Below the pieces are notes generated by a model. It saw nothing but the letters and a program-made list of their open reading frames with translations, had not been told where the DNA came from and did not search any database. Below are positions 48,887 through 63,092 of a stretch of DNA of 64,000 bases, in pieces; the first letter of the stretch is position 1, and each line of letters opens with the position of its first letter. The position numbers were made by a program, and so were the translations under genes. This stretch comes from Botryllus schlosseri (taxonomy: Eukaryota), in contig CM119371.1 in NCBI GenBank assembly GCA_051294905.1, forward strand, positions 8,620,001-8,684,000. The letters are read 5' to 3'.

Positions 48887-51831
48887 TTCATGAGAATCCA
48901 ATATTCCACTTCATGTATTCTTGACATGTAGACGTAATTCCCATTTATTTATGAATTTATTTAGGAGTAACTGTAACTGTAGTGCAAGTTTTTGTTGCAC
49001 TAAAACCGTGAGAAAGTTCCACCTAATTTTAACAAAGTTGCATTATTGAACAAAATTTTAAAAATCGTTAGGGTATGAGGTGGTCGAAAGGTTCCGTTGT
49101 ATAACCCAACAGCTTCCGTACTATATAATTACTGCGACCCTAAAAGCTGACTGGTACATTTTAATTAGGCTAAGATTCGAAGTTAAAAATATTACTTCCA
49201 GTGAAAATGTCCTCTTTTTCGATAATTTTGGTCAAATATAGGGTAAAATTCGACTGAGATACAGTAAATCAGCACTGAAGTAACGCTCTGGCGGCTATTT
49301 TTGGAACTGAGCCGGAAGTTGACCTTTTTTTTAGTCAAACAACGGATAATTCCACAAACATGTGAATTTCTGGAGCCGAGTCGGAAAAATGACCTTTTCT
49401 ATTTTAAGTCAACCAACCACGAATACGGTAAAAAATTTACCATTTTTTCCGGATTTTACTCTAGTATTGTAAGTCTGAAAATTTTGAAAAAGTGTCATCT
49501 TTTCAGATTTCCAAAATATGGTAACCCTATTTTATAGGATGTTTCTTGAATCACTCCTTTACATTTTGGGCAATGCTTGATGTAAGTTGCATTGAATATT
49601 TACATGAATAATTGAAAAAGTTGCGAATAGTTGCAACATGAAATTCCTACAAACAGCTTGAAACTCATACCTTATACTTTCTGTGTATTTGGAAAGCTGA
49701 AGGAAGTTGTGAAATAGTTGCAATAACTTGATCTACTAATAAGCCATGTCATGTAATCGCGATTATGATTGTAACGGATCGATGTAGCGGCATGTGCGAT
49801 TCATTTGAACTGAGATGATAGATTTTCGATCCTTATTATTATATTCTTTATTCGCAGTAAAACTGGTGAATACACATCCCTGGAGCAACCTGCCCCTGAG
49901 GAAAATGGCGAGATTGAAGTAAACTTTTGAAATTTCAGTATTAGAGTCGCATTGTTGTTCTTATGCAATACATGAAGACTCATTTTTATTATGTTGAAAA
50001 TATTTAGTGCTGCTTTTCGCATCAAGGGCTTCTTCACTACGGCAATTGAGATGTTATGACCAATATCACTCATGAAATTTTGAGAATACGAGTTTAACAC
50101 AGAATAATTGAGTAGAATGTCGTCCATAAAGGGCGGACTTATTATACGTAAAGTTCATCTGCTTCATAGTCGTACAATCTGCTGACAGGTTCCAAAACTT
50201 CACTCCACGCTCTTTCAATAACGCTCGAGAGACACACACCTTAGCTCATAACTCCCTCAAATTCATATTGCCTTCAAAGGCCTAAATATATATGATCGTA
50301 ATAACTACCGATCTCTAATCAAAATCTCCCCTGCAGTCAACAACGCTGTTCATACCGCTTTTTATATTTAATCCCTATTGGGCACATTCAATTTGTGCGC
50401 AATATGAAGTCTGCGTGCAGTGCATGGTAATTAGTCAATCATATTCGGAGTAACCAATTACTACAGCGTGCTAACAACTGCATTGCTGAAGTTGACATTG
50501 CTTCACCTATGTAATTGCGAATTTAGTCTGGAATTTGCGCCCGAGGCGTTGAAATTACCTATCGGATACCTTGTTACTATAGCTGAAAAAAAATAAAAAC
50601 TTGCCTCGCTTTGGGGAATTCCCCTTATAGCTCTTTTAAATATCGATGGATCGTATCCTTAACAATGTGGACTTTTATCGACTGATATGTTGAGCTTGAT
50701 GAGGGGCGATGAGTCAAAAAGGTTTGGAAACCACCAGTCTAGTATATGCCAAACTCACAAATTACCGCGTACAAATGCAGAGCGCTTCCGAAACTGCAAT
50801 TTAAGCTCTTTAGTGTCATAAAGCCAAAATTAAACCGCTTAATTCGGCGTGGAATATGCTTTCATAAGAGACCGTACTTGTTATAATATTTTGATATATT
50901 TATGAGCAATCCGCAGTCTAAATCGTATAACGCTTGACTAATTTCAGATCATTTATCAAATTTCCGCTCAATTTAACTTTTGACCCTACGCCGCAAGGCC
51001 TTAAATGTCACTTAGAATTATAAACTATCAGGCATGCCACCGAAAAATCCAAGTTACAAATCTGGATACACCTTCTTGAATATTTTATTAATAAACAAGT
51101 ACTGTGCAAACCCGAGATGAGCGGATGATTGTCAATTTTCAAAATGAATGACCTAACTTTTGTCCACAGAGTCTTATTTTCATAAAATAAAGTTCATCCT
51201 GTTTGGAATTAGCTCATCTATGTATATGCCAAATATTAGGAGATTTGATAAGCTACTGATGTAAACATCGAAAGTCTAGGTTTAGAATGGGTCTGGTCTC
51301 AATCTTTCAATCAGGACCTCTATTTTTACTATTTAAAATATCTGCGGATGCAAATAATGGAGATTTTGTTTGGTAGATCCAAGCTCAACTTAGTTATCAC
51401 CTTTATATTTGTACATTTGCGCTGCCGACTTAATCGGTCAGTGCATTTTGTACTAGCCCCCTGCTTTTTATTAAAACCAGGAAGTTTGTAAACAATAAAC
51501 ATGAAATTGTTATAATATAAAGTAGAATAGAATTGTGCACTTTGACACATGACCCCAATGTATGATTTTACAAGCTTGCTTTAAAATATTAAAAAGCACA
51601 AGATGTCTGATTTTCCAATGAACAATATGTTAATCATGTGAGCTTGAACGCGTAAGCTTATCATGCTAAGTCTTCTACTATCCCATTTCATCGGAATTAA
51701 AGAAAGCTAAACGAAATCTTAAGTGCGTGACATTTCGCACTAGAAATAAATTAGCGTGTAGTCTAGGGCTGGGGCAGTCGATTCGTCTCGACATAACACA
51801 TTCCGTAGCACTCGAAAAGACGTAATAAAAC

Positions 51832-53919
51832 CAGGGCTGTGGAGTCGGAGTCGGTGGAGTCGGAGTCGGAGTCTGGGTAATTTTCGCTTGATGGAGTCGG
51901 AGTCGGAGTCGTGAAAACTATAATAGCTGGAGTCGGAGTCGGAGTCGTGAAAACTATAATAGCTGGAGTCGGAGTCGGTGGGAAAATACTGACTGGAGTC
52001 GGAGTCGGAGTTTGTGAGAATGACCCCAACTTCGACTCCGACTACGACTCCAACTTCTCTATCATGAAAACATTTGCTTTCAAAGAAATTTCAATATAAT
52101 TTTTATGTACCACTTATCACTGTTATTAATAACCATACAGATCACGGGCGGCAAGCCCATGGCACGCAGGCCAAATTTGGCACACGAGAAGGTTAGGTGT
52201 GGCCTGTGAGGTAATTCTCGAAATTATTTATGACATCAGGTACAATTGCAAGGCCAACCAAAATTTGATTAGCATGACCGCGAAATTTGATGATGACTAA
52301 AGCAACAGTTCTGACGCATTGACGTATCCAGGGGCCAGCCACATTCATCCCAGATCTTCGTATATGACCATAAAGTAGAATGTTTCATAGCTGATTTATT
52401 TGACGTGAAATTTTTCTCTGTACTTCGCGTGATTCATTGTCACTAGATTTCTTGCATTCATTAGGCCTATTTGAGCCCCCTTCTGAAAATTATAAATACA
52501 TATTATTCACAGAATTGAGTCTAACTATATTCGCAAAAAGGAGATACGGCTTCGCTTGTGCACTCGCAGCGAGATCGTCGACAAAACATTTGCACAAAAT
52601 GATGGAGGCATGTTCACTGATACCGTCGATTTTGCTATGTCTAAACATCGAATAATTCTGTCCTTGCCAAATGAGCCCAGTGGTATACAAATGCGACCCC
52701 CAATGTATGTTAGCAACATATTTATTGATATAATTCAGACATTATATTTCAAAAAATTTCGCGCTTGGCGCGACAAAGGCCTGTTTGCGGACTACACAGT
52801 TGCATGACATATTATCAATTTTAGAGCGTAACTATTGTTTGCAATGTTACCTAATTCGGTTTGCTCATATCGGACGACTAAAACAAGGTTATCAACATTC
52901 CAGTTGCCCGCGCAATGGTTCGTAAATCTCATGTGTCCCTTTGGCCGACAAAGTTGCCCACCCCTGATATAGATAAAATTAGACATTACTTACTACATTA
53001 ATTACAACTCGGTTGCACAGGGGAAGAAAATCGCAAAATGCGTTTTCGCGATGCAGTCGAAATTGATGCAATTATTGGAATCATACCATGATACTGTGAC
53101 AGAGCAAATGTATCGGCTGGTTTTGTAAAATTGTAAAAATGATGTAAATATGACCAAACGATGCTTCCCGCTTGACAAAATGAAAAATATTTGTAGTGTA
53201 GCTTAGCTGTTTGCGTCGAACAAATGATCAAGAAAGACTGCAAGTCCCAATCCTTGAATACTTGATTAAGTACGTGTAGACTAGAAATAGGCTATGGTCT
53301 TTGACTACTTAACTAAATTCCATTTATGACCAATGTCTATTAGTAGTTAGAGTGCGTGTGTTTGTAATCAGGATAGTGTGCAATGACAAAATTAGTAAGT
53401 TCAATCTCTTTTATTAGTTGCTACCTCATACACAAGAGCTTCACTTGGATTTTTTTATCTACATTTTATCATACATTATTGGATATCTGCCATATTTGAA
53501 TGATTCATACATTTCAGGATATTAGAGAGTCCACGTTATAAAAACTTGAAAAGGGAAGGATATTTAGCAAATCTTTCTTTCATGTTAATTGCATAGTGGA
53601 TAATTCGAGCTGTTCCACAATGAAACAATTTAGCATGCCACCGTTATTCATATGTTTGAATATGTTTAATGGTTGTATGATAGTCATTCAACCGACAATG
53701 TGGCATATCATTTTCGAAGTAAATTGGTAATATTGCTGGAGTCGGAGTCGGAGTCGGGAGTCGGAGTCGGTACGTTTAAAGACCCAGGAGTAGGAGTCGG
53801 AGTCGGAGTCGGTACGTTCGAAGACTCAGGAGTCGGAGTCGGAGTCGGTATATTGACAATGTGTGGAGTCGGAGTCGGAGCCGGAGTCGGTGGTAAAATT
53901 TACCGACTCCACAGCCCTG
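51832..53919. mobile_element. hAT element with (GGAGTC)n subterminal arrays; nested hAT MITE 52143-52966
   Basis: TIR CAGGGCTGTGGAGTCGG; perfect TSD aataaaac; inner TSD atacagat/atatagat. Confidence 0.92.
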
Positions 53920-54036
53920 AATAAAACATAAGAGATTCATTGGAAACACCGCAGTAGGTTATACTACTTTATACAGTGATTATTAATGGAAATAATGTAT
54001 GGACATTATTTGTTCTGCAGCAAGGTGGTTAAATGC

Positions 54037-54417
54037 TCGGGTTACCATACGTCTTCTTTTAAGAGGATTTCTCCTCTTCTTTCACAAAATTGAAAGTGTC
54101 TTCAGAACGAGTATTAAAATGCCATGAAAAAGTCGACTTCCAGGCAGAATTGATAAGCAGAACCGTAGAAAGTGGGTAATGTTGGTGTCGATCAAAATGG
54201 CGACCTTTTTCTTTATTTTAGTCAGCACCACACGACAAAAGTATCGTATAAGACGGGTTTTGGGGGAGTCGGGACAAAGAGATGTCTCTTTTTTTAGTCA
54301 ACGCAGAAGTTTTCGTAGAAAAATTTTCGAATATACCAGTATTCTTAGCCGGTACTACAACTTTCAGAATTTTTGAAAAGCGTTCTCGTTTTCGGAGCTC
54401 AAAATATGGTAACTCTG
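54037..54417. mobile_element. hAT (Blackjack-like) MITE; related fragments ~19670-19768, ~49170-49531, ~60285
   Basis: Ends GGGTTACCATACGTC / ATATGGTAACTCTG; degenerate TSD ttaaatgc/ttataggc. Confidence 0.6.
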
Positions 54418-55622
54418 TTATAGGCCCACACCAAATACCCTGTATTCTTTTCTACAACAGAGCCAAATATTTGCATTAGGGTTGTTCAAAATTGACCGAT
54501 TTTCAAAAAGTAGTGCTTTCAGTCCGTTTCCTATGCCTTATGCCATAGAAACATATTCAAACTCCTTTTTTCGCATGTTGAGCTGGAAGAATATCGGCGG
54601 AAAGTAGGGGATTGCCCTAAAATCTGAGTACAGCGATTTTACCTAACGTAGTAAATATAATATGTATGCAAGGTTTATGCAGCTGCTGCTGTCTGGGATG
54701 CTACAAAACCTTACTATATAATGTATTCTGAGTTCGGGACATCATTTTTATGTCCCACACTGCCTTAGAACTCCTCAAACCTACCTGAGACTGATAGTCA
54801 TTTTGTTGGATCACACACATACTCCTTAAACATACCCGAGACTGTTCATCAATTTCCTGGCTTACCATGTGCAACAATACAACTATGAATATACCATCCA
54901 CTCACAGCCACATCATAAACATCACATTGTTCAAAGGAAACGAAACAATAAGGCAAAGAAATAGATCAACCTGGCAAAATACTACTCGAATTAGGTGGAT
55001 GAAATGGTTGCTTTAGGTTTAGAGAAATCTGCATATCTGTTGCGATGATATTCCACATCTTCTAAGAGGCTCGCTCGCTGTAATTCGTCCCCCATTATGA
55101 ATGTAGCATAGTAACTGTGGTGTTCAATTTTACCAGTAGCTCTGCCGCGTCATTACCTACTTCAAAACTATATTCACAAATTATTGAGCAGTCACGAAAT
55201 GCAGATCAGTATGCCATTTCAAAACCGGAAGACTCAACCAGTCATGTTTCACATGTATAGCATCAAATTGAAACCACGATTCTTGTCCAATAAAATTGAC
55301 CATACGCATTGATTCAGAGATAGAGTCCCCCAGTCAACAAAAGTGTGTGTATATTCAATGCCGGACCAGGCGAAGATAGTGAAGGAGAGAAGGGATGTCA
55401 GCACTTTTCTCACTATAGTGAGGTGGCACCTTTGATGTACAAACACTGATCGCTCTGGAATTCAAATATTGATTGGTCCATCGACGACCGGACAGATTGG
55501 TGTCAACGTTATTAACCAATCAAATTACGCATGATTATCACGCGGTTTCACCGTGACGTTTCTGCTGCTGGCTTCGCCAGGTTTGTGAGCACTCGAGCGA
55601 GGAGTGATTGTGATGTCATAAG

Positions 55623-56641
55623 TAGGGCCATTTAAAGTCATTAAAGTCATATTTTTTTCTATGCATCAGTAAGCCATGAAATCAATTTTAACGCAAAAAC
55701 CGCATCCATATGGGGTGTATTAAGAAAGTTATAAAGTCATATAAAGTCATATTTTCCTGGTTAGGTCATATTTGAGTTATAAAGTCATATTGTTGTATAC
55801 TTTAAATAAAAAGTGCCAATTGAAGCAATTACGCACTAAGAAAGTAAGGCAATTTCTGATTGAACGAAGTCAAACTGTAGGGTTAGGCTACATAACATTA
55901 CAGTCGCAGACCTATGAGGTCACACATTGCATTATGAGGTCACACATTGCATTGTGTTGCTACACAATCTGTTTTACTTCTGTGCACTGAAGTGGGACGT
56001 CGACTTCCACAAGTGAAAGAAATAGTCAACGCACGGGAAGCTGAAGGAGTTATTGTAAAGGGCGTCACAGATTCAGTGAACGATCCAAAGTTGACGAGTC
56101 AGTTAACAGAAATATGCCTCCACTACAAAATATTTAAAACTTGATACTGAAAATGGAAAGTTGTGCGTACACTATCAAAGCGGCTGCTAATGCTGATCTA
56201 AATGCCCACGATTTCGGAAAAGATCCGCTTCAGCTCAAAAATTACATTAAGAAGCGATTGGACAAAAACGATGTGAAACAAATTATGGAGCTACAAAGAC
56301 AAGACATTTCAGCAGCGCTGTATGCAAAACTGCAGAAGTGTCAACCAACATCAACGTCTGTGGAGAGCTCATTTTCCTTACTTAAGTCATTTTTACGTCC
56401 AAATCGTAACTTTAAAGACTCCAACATTCCACACTACATGAAACTGTACTACAAAAGTGGTTTAAAATAAAAATGGATGTGTAATTACAGTTATGTTATT
56501 CCTGTTTTACTCGTCAGTTCCATGAGTGACGTTGGTTACATGTAAAAATACACGATTTTCGCATAAAGTCATATAAAGTCATATTTTCCCAAAAATTAAG
56601 TTATATAATGGATTTTTGAAGGTCATATAAAAATGGCCCTA
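55623..56641 (+). mobile_element. hAT deletion derivative with C-terminal transposase remnant (hAT19/CGGBP1-like)
   Basis: TIR TAGGGCCATTT, AAAGTCATAT repeats, perfect TSD gtcataag. ORF 56141..56470 carries CQPTSTSVESSFSLLKSFLRPNRNF (hAT dimerisation motif). Confidence 0.88.
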
Positions 56642-59151
56642 GTCATAAGTGATCGGTTGCTGTTTACGGCTGCACTGAGTGCACACTTGAGGTTGAATTA
56701 TATTCCGTTCTTACCGGCGAATTGTATTCCCGAGATTATGGCGATGGAAGGGTATATGAATGAAGTTTTTCGTTGGGATGAGTTTAGTAACAGATAGTTC
56801 GGGCTATTGATGAAATTTTATACATGCTCAGTTAGATTTGTATTGGTAGTTAAAAGGTGTTTCGTGTAGCAGTCCAGTCAGATTAACTGCTTGTTTGTGG
56901 TAGGCTTGTAAATATGAGTTTATATAAATGCTTACTTTACTTTTTCCGTGGCCTGAAATGTCAGATTGGCGGCCGTGAACAATGTAATAGGGGAGATGTG
57001 GTACCGATGGATCAAAAATTACAAAATGATCTCTGGCCCGCAAATCTTCAGCCGAGAATAGCAGATCTTTTGCTGTCTCAACACTTCGATACAAGCTCTA
57101 CGTATCGCGGACATTTACATGAATATCCGCCTTTTCAAAAAATATTTATAAACGTTTAAAATTTGTTGCTCGAACGTGTCATCGGTCCCCCCCCCCCCGG
57201 TGGGTCCAAAGGCACACGACCACGGGACCTATGAGACATACGCTCAAAAACTCAAATTTGTTAACTTGTTTTGTTGTGTACTGTAAGCTAAGCTACAGCA
57301 AGCCAATGAAGAATGTTTCGTTGCGACCTTCAAGAATCAAATAGATTATATCAACTCAAATGTTGCCAAAAAATCATGTTTTGATTTACGCCTAAACTTA
57401 CAAAATTAATGCCACATACATATTACCCGCAAATCGACATTTTGACTTTCAAATACCTCGTAATAGCAATAAAACACCGCATGTAGGCTAACTATGATTT
57501 ACAGCCTATATATATGTAGGCGAGTTTCTGTTGTTGAGTGATTAGTTGGTCCATCTATTTTGCTTGATTTGGCTATGGTACTATAGGTCCCCCACCCCAT
57601 AAATATTGTAATTGACTTGCAAATAGTCCACTCGAGATTGGCATTGATTCAAAAAATATGTGCCATTATATACCCTGATACAAGCCCTATACTTCACATC
57701 AAAAATTATGGCGGGTTTGTTAGTCTGAAAGGTGATATAGAAAAATGCAAATGTCGATCCAAATTTACTTTACACCCCCTAAAACGTAAATCATTCGTTA
57801 CAGACCCCATAACTCACGCAGGTCGAATTTTCTTGCATGTGAGGAAAGATTCTGTCAGCATGTACTTGTAGACAAATTCACGGATTGTAATCATGGAATT
57901 ATCATGGAGAATTTGTAAAGTATTTTCGGTCCTAGTGATCCATCGGTACCACATCTCTCCTACTTGTCAAGTAATTTGAGCTCTGAACGTAATGCGTACT
58001 ACCTGTCCGTTGATATTTGCAAAAGCTAAACCGCGGAGGAGTGTCGTTACCCCTTACCGAATCTTGGCGTGTTGTGTTATGGTTTTGACCTGTTTTATTA
58101 GTGCAATCATTGTCGTATGCATTGGTATCGAAGCATGGGATATTATCATACCATCTATTGTCTGTGTCGGCAATGTCTGTGAATGAATTTACAATTATTC
58201 ATGTTAGTTATACAACTGTTCGAATTTCAGCTGTTCAGCCAAATAGCTACTATATCTTGTAATAATTTCTGTGTAATATTTGTGATACTCATTTCAGTTG
58301 ATATAAGAGTTGTTTTGATGATATATTTAGCCTTTATTTAACGATAGAGACTGAAGCCGTGAAATGATTGCGATAAGCCCTAATATCCGTATAAATCTGA
58401 TGGTGAATTAAAAGGCGAAGGCAGCAGTTTATAAAATATCGTTCTTCGAGCAAATTTAAACCTGCGGCGACAATGTCCATGATCAGCCGACTATCACTAC
58501 TATTGCTATCTGGCTGACAGTACATCGCACGAATATGAGGCCAGTAGAATAACCCAGATATCAGAGACCACACCATGCCTAAACTTGGCAGAAATCATTT
58601 ACAAATAGACTCTGAATAAAGTTAGCGTGCCACACAGTATGTAGGCTTCAGATTGTAGCTCGGAGTTGCCTTGATCCTATTCTTACCGCCAAGGCTAATT
58701 CTAGAGAAAAGATATACTCATCCCAAGAATTGGAATAGTTGTATCAAATTTGTCTCGGAAAGAAGATTTCTCTGTTCGACTGAAATCAATGTGTTGTTCC
58801 ACGCATTTTATATGACTGTCCGTCTGGTATTTGTATGTATGATCGCGGTGGATTTTCTTATAACTAACACGACAATGAAAACATATTTTTAAATTGTGAT
58901 TTTTTGCAACACAAGGGTCAATATGTCTGCCAGAGCGCAACAATGATTTAGGTAGCGATAGGGGTGATAGCGGCAGTACCGAGAGGGTTAATGCGCGGTT
59001 ATGAGTCTGCCACTGAAGTGCGAAAAATGTATCTTTTGAAGCATCATTTTGGCATCGAAAGCGTATGATACGCCGGGCGCTTCCACTTCTGTTGACTGGG
59101 CCCAGATGCAGGGATAAATTACAATAAAAGTAGCCAGACGATAGTTTAAGG

Positions 59152-60163
59152 CAGGGGTTCTCAACTTCTCTCGTATAACTGACCGCATTTTATCAGCAAC
59201 TATTGAATTTAGGTTACTTTAGCCTATTTACCAGTCTTATACGGGGCGTGCATTGCATTCGTTGCCAAGTCGGTGTATGCACCATCACACCCTTCCACTA
59301 CAAAACCGAACTCTCTGTTGCAATGCGTGAACAAGCAAGTATAAAATTACGCTAACTTCTTATAGTTACAGAGGTCATTCACTTTGACGTTTCAGTGATA
59401 TGAGAAGAAGCCAATCGTTGGGGCTCATTTCTGAGCAAACCAATCAACCCTTCTCCTTTCCTTCCACGGCTGGAGCTCTGCACCAATAGTTACCGAAGTC
59501 AGCTTTGTCAAGCTGACGGTTTTCACCTGTCCCCTTCCGACGTTTGCCCCGTCAGCATTTCCTCCAGAAGTATGCCCAGTCTAATAAAATGCACCTGGGA
59601 AATTTGGTATGCAATGTGTTTGAAATCGGTGGATTCGTCCGATGCTAGGCTAAAGTATAGTCTACGTGGCGACCTCTTTCGAACATGCGATAAAAATTCG
59701 ACTGAAAATGCTGTTACTCTTCAGGTGACGGTTGAATCAGACAACTGTAGCTTCGAAATTTGTCGGGTGATGTTAGCCTTGCTGCTAAATTACGGAAACA
59801 GCGAATATTCGCACAGTACCTTAACGTTTTATTGAAGTCACATTTTCTCTAGCAAAATCTTGGGTTTAGCGATATTCCATGCAGTTTTGAACGTTTATAA
59901 CATCGTCGGCAATTTTAAAAATGACTCGAAATATGGATTTCCTGGCTTGACACCTAACTAACAACGTTTTCTTTAATGTATCTCTTGAAGAAACTACCGT
60001 GGTATAATTTATGCTTCTACGCTTCGTTACAGCAACTGTTCTTCGACAAATATGACACATTAGTATTCCATAGCAATACTGTGCCAGTAGTAATTGCGTT
60101 CATAGTGAAATATGTCGCGGGCCGCAAAATAATCGTCTGCCGGCTGTGGGTTGAGAATCCCTG
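59152..60163 (-). mobile_element. Charlie/GTF2IRD2-type hAT remnant
   Basis: TIR CAGGG(G/A)TTCTCAAC; TSD gtttaagg/ttttaagg. Minus-strand remnant LQLSDSTVT*RV...YFSLASDESTD at ~59620-59760. Confidence 0.82.
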
Positions 60164-60431
60164 TTTTAAGGTATAAGGCCATGTGAAACTGACTGAAAAC
60201 CTGGACTTTTTGGAAGTCGGTCAATTCTGAACAACCCTAGTGCACAGCGCACATTACCAAAGACGTATTCGGTTAAAATAAACATACCATATGTCCTCTT
60301 TTTAAAGGACTTGTCCTCTTTTCTCAAGAAAAGTTAATGGCCCTCCGAGGACGCAAGGGAGCTATAAATGCCCCAATGTCTACTTTTCTTCAAATTTCGA
60401 GTTAGTTGCTTCTTTTCATCATACTTTAGAG

Positions 60432-61492
60432 CAGTGGTTCCCAACCTTTTTGTCTTCATTCTTCACTTCAGGTTTATTCCGAGCCTTCATTCCCCACCAA
60501 GATCGTAACAGCACTTCGTCAGCCCCCCCCCCCAAAAAAAGCTGGTCTTGGGCCTCCCACAGGGTGATAAACTAAACAAAGCCCCCCCAGAACCCCCTCA
60601 TTCCCCTGAGCCTGCACGCTTCCCCCCGTTACTTATCAGCTACGTTGGGTCTACCGTTTAGTGTGTCGCCATATTTCAACTGAATTTATATGATATAAGT
60701 TTTCAGTCAGCACAAGGGCATTCCTTCACGGCCAAGCTGTTCTCGCAGCCGATCGTTCTGGCACACTTCTCGGAGTCACATGTTACATGGCCTATATCTT
60801 CATATGTCCTGGTGCGCCGAGGCGCAGCAATGGCCGACGCCGAAGTCTCTATTTCTATAAAATCTAGGTATTTTCTTGGGGAAAGGTTACCAAATAATCA
60901 TTATATTCGGCAATATTAAATCGCGCCCCCAGCGAGAATTTATTTTGAAAAAGTGGCATAAATGTCCAAAAAATACTCTATAATTTATGTTGATTCACGA
61001 AATAACTTTGGGCCCCTTCGAGCTCGCCTCCCCCCCCCCCAATTGGGGGGTTTGGGGTGCGGCAGTAACGGTCCTGTTCCCAACTATCCAACACTTTTTT
61101 CATCACAGAGCAGCTATTTGCTGGTTTGACTACACAAGATACCCAACCACACCAGTACGCAAGACAATCGCCAATAACTGCAACATCAAATGTATTGTGA
61201 ACCGATAGGCCTACCAGTAACGGACAATATTTCGCGAAAGCGTTATTTCACGTCAAACTAGTCGTATTGGATGCGTTTGTGACGTCATCATTGGCTATCC
61301 AGAGTTAAAAATGAGGTTTTGTGAACAACACGCTATATAATTTTCGATACATACATTCCAGAGCAGTTAACTGGTATCGGTAATTGCGCATGTGTCTCCG
61401 TCAATATGTAGACTGTCCTGTATATAATTTTGAACAAATGCGTCTATTCCCCACCAGAAACCATTGAATTCCCCACCGTTTGGGAACCACTG
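60432..61492. mobile_element. hAT MITE (same family as 37603-39059)
   Basis: TIR CAGTGGTTCCCAA; perfect TSD ctttagag. Confidence 0.92.
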
Positions 61493-62697
61493 CTTTAGAG
61501 CAAGACGTTGTATTTATTTACAAAAACTTACAGTAGCCCTAAATTACTAGTTTAAATGACGCTTTGCCCTATCAGCCATAGCTTCTGGATTGTTCTAGCA
61601 AACATTTTTGACGTTATCTGTAACCTCTGAGCTTGTTTGCATGCGAGGATCTGTCGCGATTTTTCTGGTGTAAGTGAGCACTTAAGAGTTGGATCAGTTT
61701 CAGACATCTTCCAGGTGTTGTAGAATTTTGTGTAAACAACATCACGAATTCGTTATAAATGATCATTTCTTATGGTGAATCATATTCAAGGCTACAGTTT
61801 AGCAACGAGAATTGTTGTTTCGATTCGATTTCCCACTGTGGAAGTCTATACACTTTGATTGGTCGTAGAGTAGCATAAGATAGTTAGGCTACATGTAGTA
61901 TGAAGTTAGTGTAAACAGAATATCCGTGTAGTCGAATCAACCCACATGTTTGCAACAAAAAGCATGATGAAATAGGTATGGTCGGAATATACCAAATAAT
62001 CTTTATTGTGATGGAGAACTGGCATCACATTCTTTATTATCACACAAAAGGTACATATTTAATATATCCGCATCATTCATATTTTGCGACGTCATGACGG
62101 GTGATACTCAATAACTCGACTCGACTCTTAATTCTCAATTCAAAATCTAATATCTCAGCTACTAGACTTTGCCCAGCTCTAAGGAACAAAACTCATCGAA
62201 AAATATCAACTCAGGCTATCCGTCCATTCGTATCATTAACTTACTCTCGGCATCGGCGAATATGTTTGGCGTGATATCACTTCTGATATATTGTGGGCGA
62301 GTGATGAAGAATCACTAAAGTCACCATCTGTTGACTTAATTTGCGCTAACTTCTTACCCGGTGCAAGTATTCCTCCGATCGGTATCCGCTGGCTAGAATG
62401 TGCACTGTACACTGTGTACAGTTATGTCATCGGGAAACTACAGTGTTATACAATCCATGTACAAACAGCTTCAAGTGGTAAGTATCGTGCTAAATTTCAC
62501 TAGATCGTTGCAATATAGCGGACCCGGGGCCTACGATACTTACGGCCTAATATAGCACATATTACACTTTCAGGATATAAGAGGCCGACAGTCACGAAAC
62601 AGACATCATGATTGTTTTTACTTCGCTTGTCGACAATACCAGATGCCTCCAATTCTGAAGCGAAATGCAATCATTTTACTCTGCGAGATCCAGCTAG

Positions 62698-63018
62698 CAG
62701 TGGTTCTCTACCTTTTTTTAAACACGCCCCCCTTTACGATAGTGAAAAATTTCGCGCCCCCTTATCGTAATATCACAAAATCCAACCGGGATGCTAGTAA
62801 CCCAGGCAGAATTTTTGATGGCATGGGAGGTTATGACTGTTGATGAGAGAATTCAAAAATATGAAATTCGATCAATATATAAACAAACACGCGTGAATTG
62901 GAGGTATATAAGTCGCGGAGAGCGCGAAATTTTTTTTCAGTTGACTGCTTCTTCGCACCCCCCGTCATATGCTTTCACGGTCCCCGTGGGGGGCGCACCC
63001 CCGGGTTGAGAACTACTT
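62698..63018. mobile_element. Old hAT MITE
   Basis: cagtggttctctacc / ggttgagaactact; flanks share agctag. Confidence 0.6.
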
Positions 63019-63092
63019 AGCTAGACGGTTGCATATGGTTATATGCAGCTGTCTTGACCTTCTTGTAATACAAGGTATAGGCTACTGTTACT

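Larger units (their letters stand above)
54477..60239. mobile_element. Large TIR element (~5.8 kb, TAGGG ends) containing nested hATs
   Basis: 23-bp TIR TAGGGTTGTTCA(A/G)AATTGACCGA, 22/23 match; TSD not clean. Confidence 0.65.

Noticed and set aside
51840..53910. PT-repeat and GV-repeat ORFs (51763..52029, 51911..52099, 53673..53924)
   Set aside because: Translations of (GGAGTC)n subterminal arrays of a hAT element with TIRs and a TSD.
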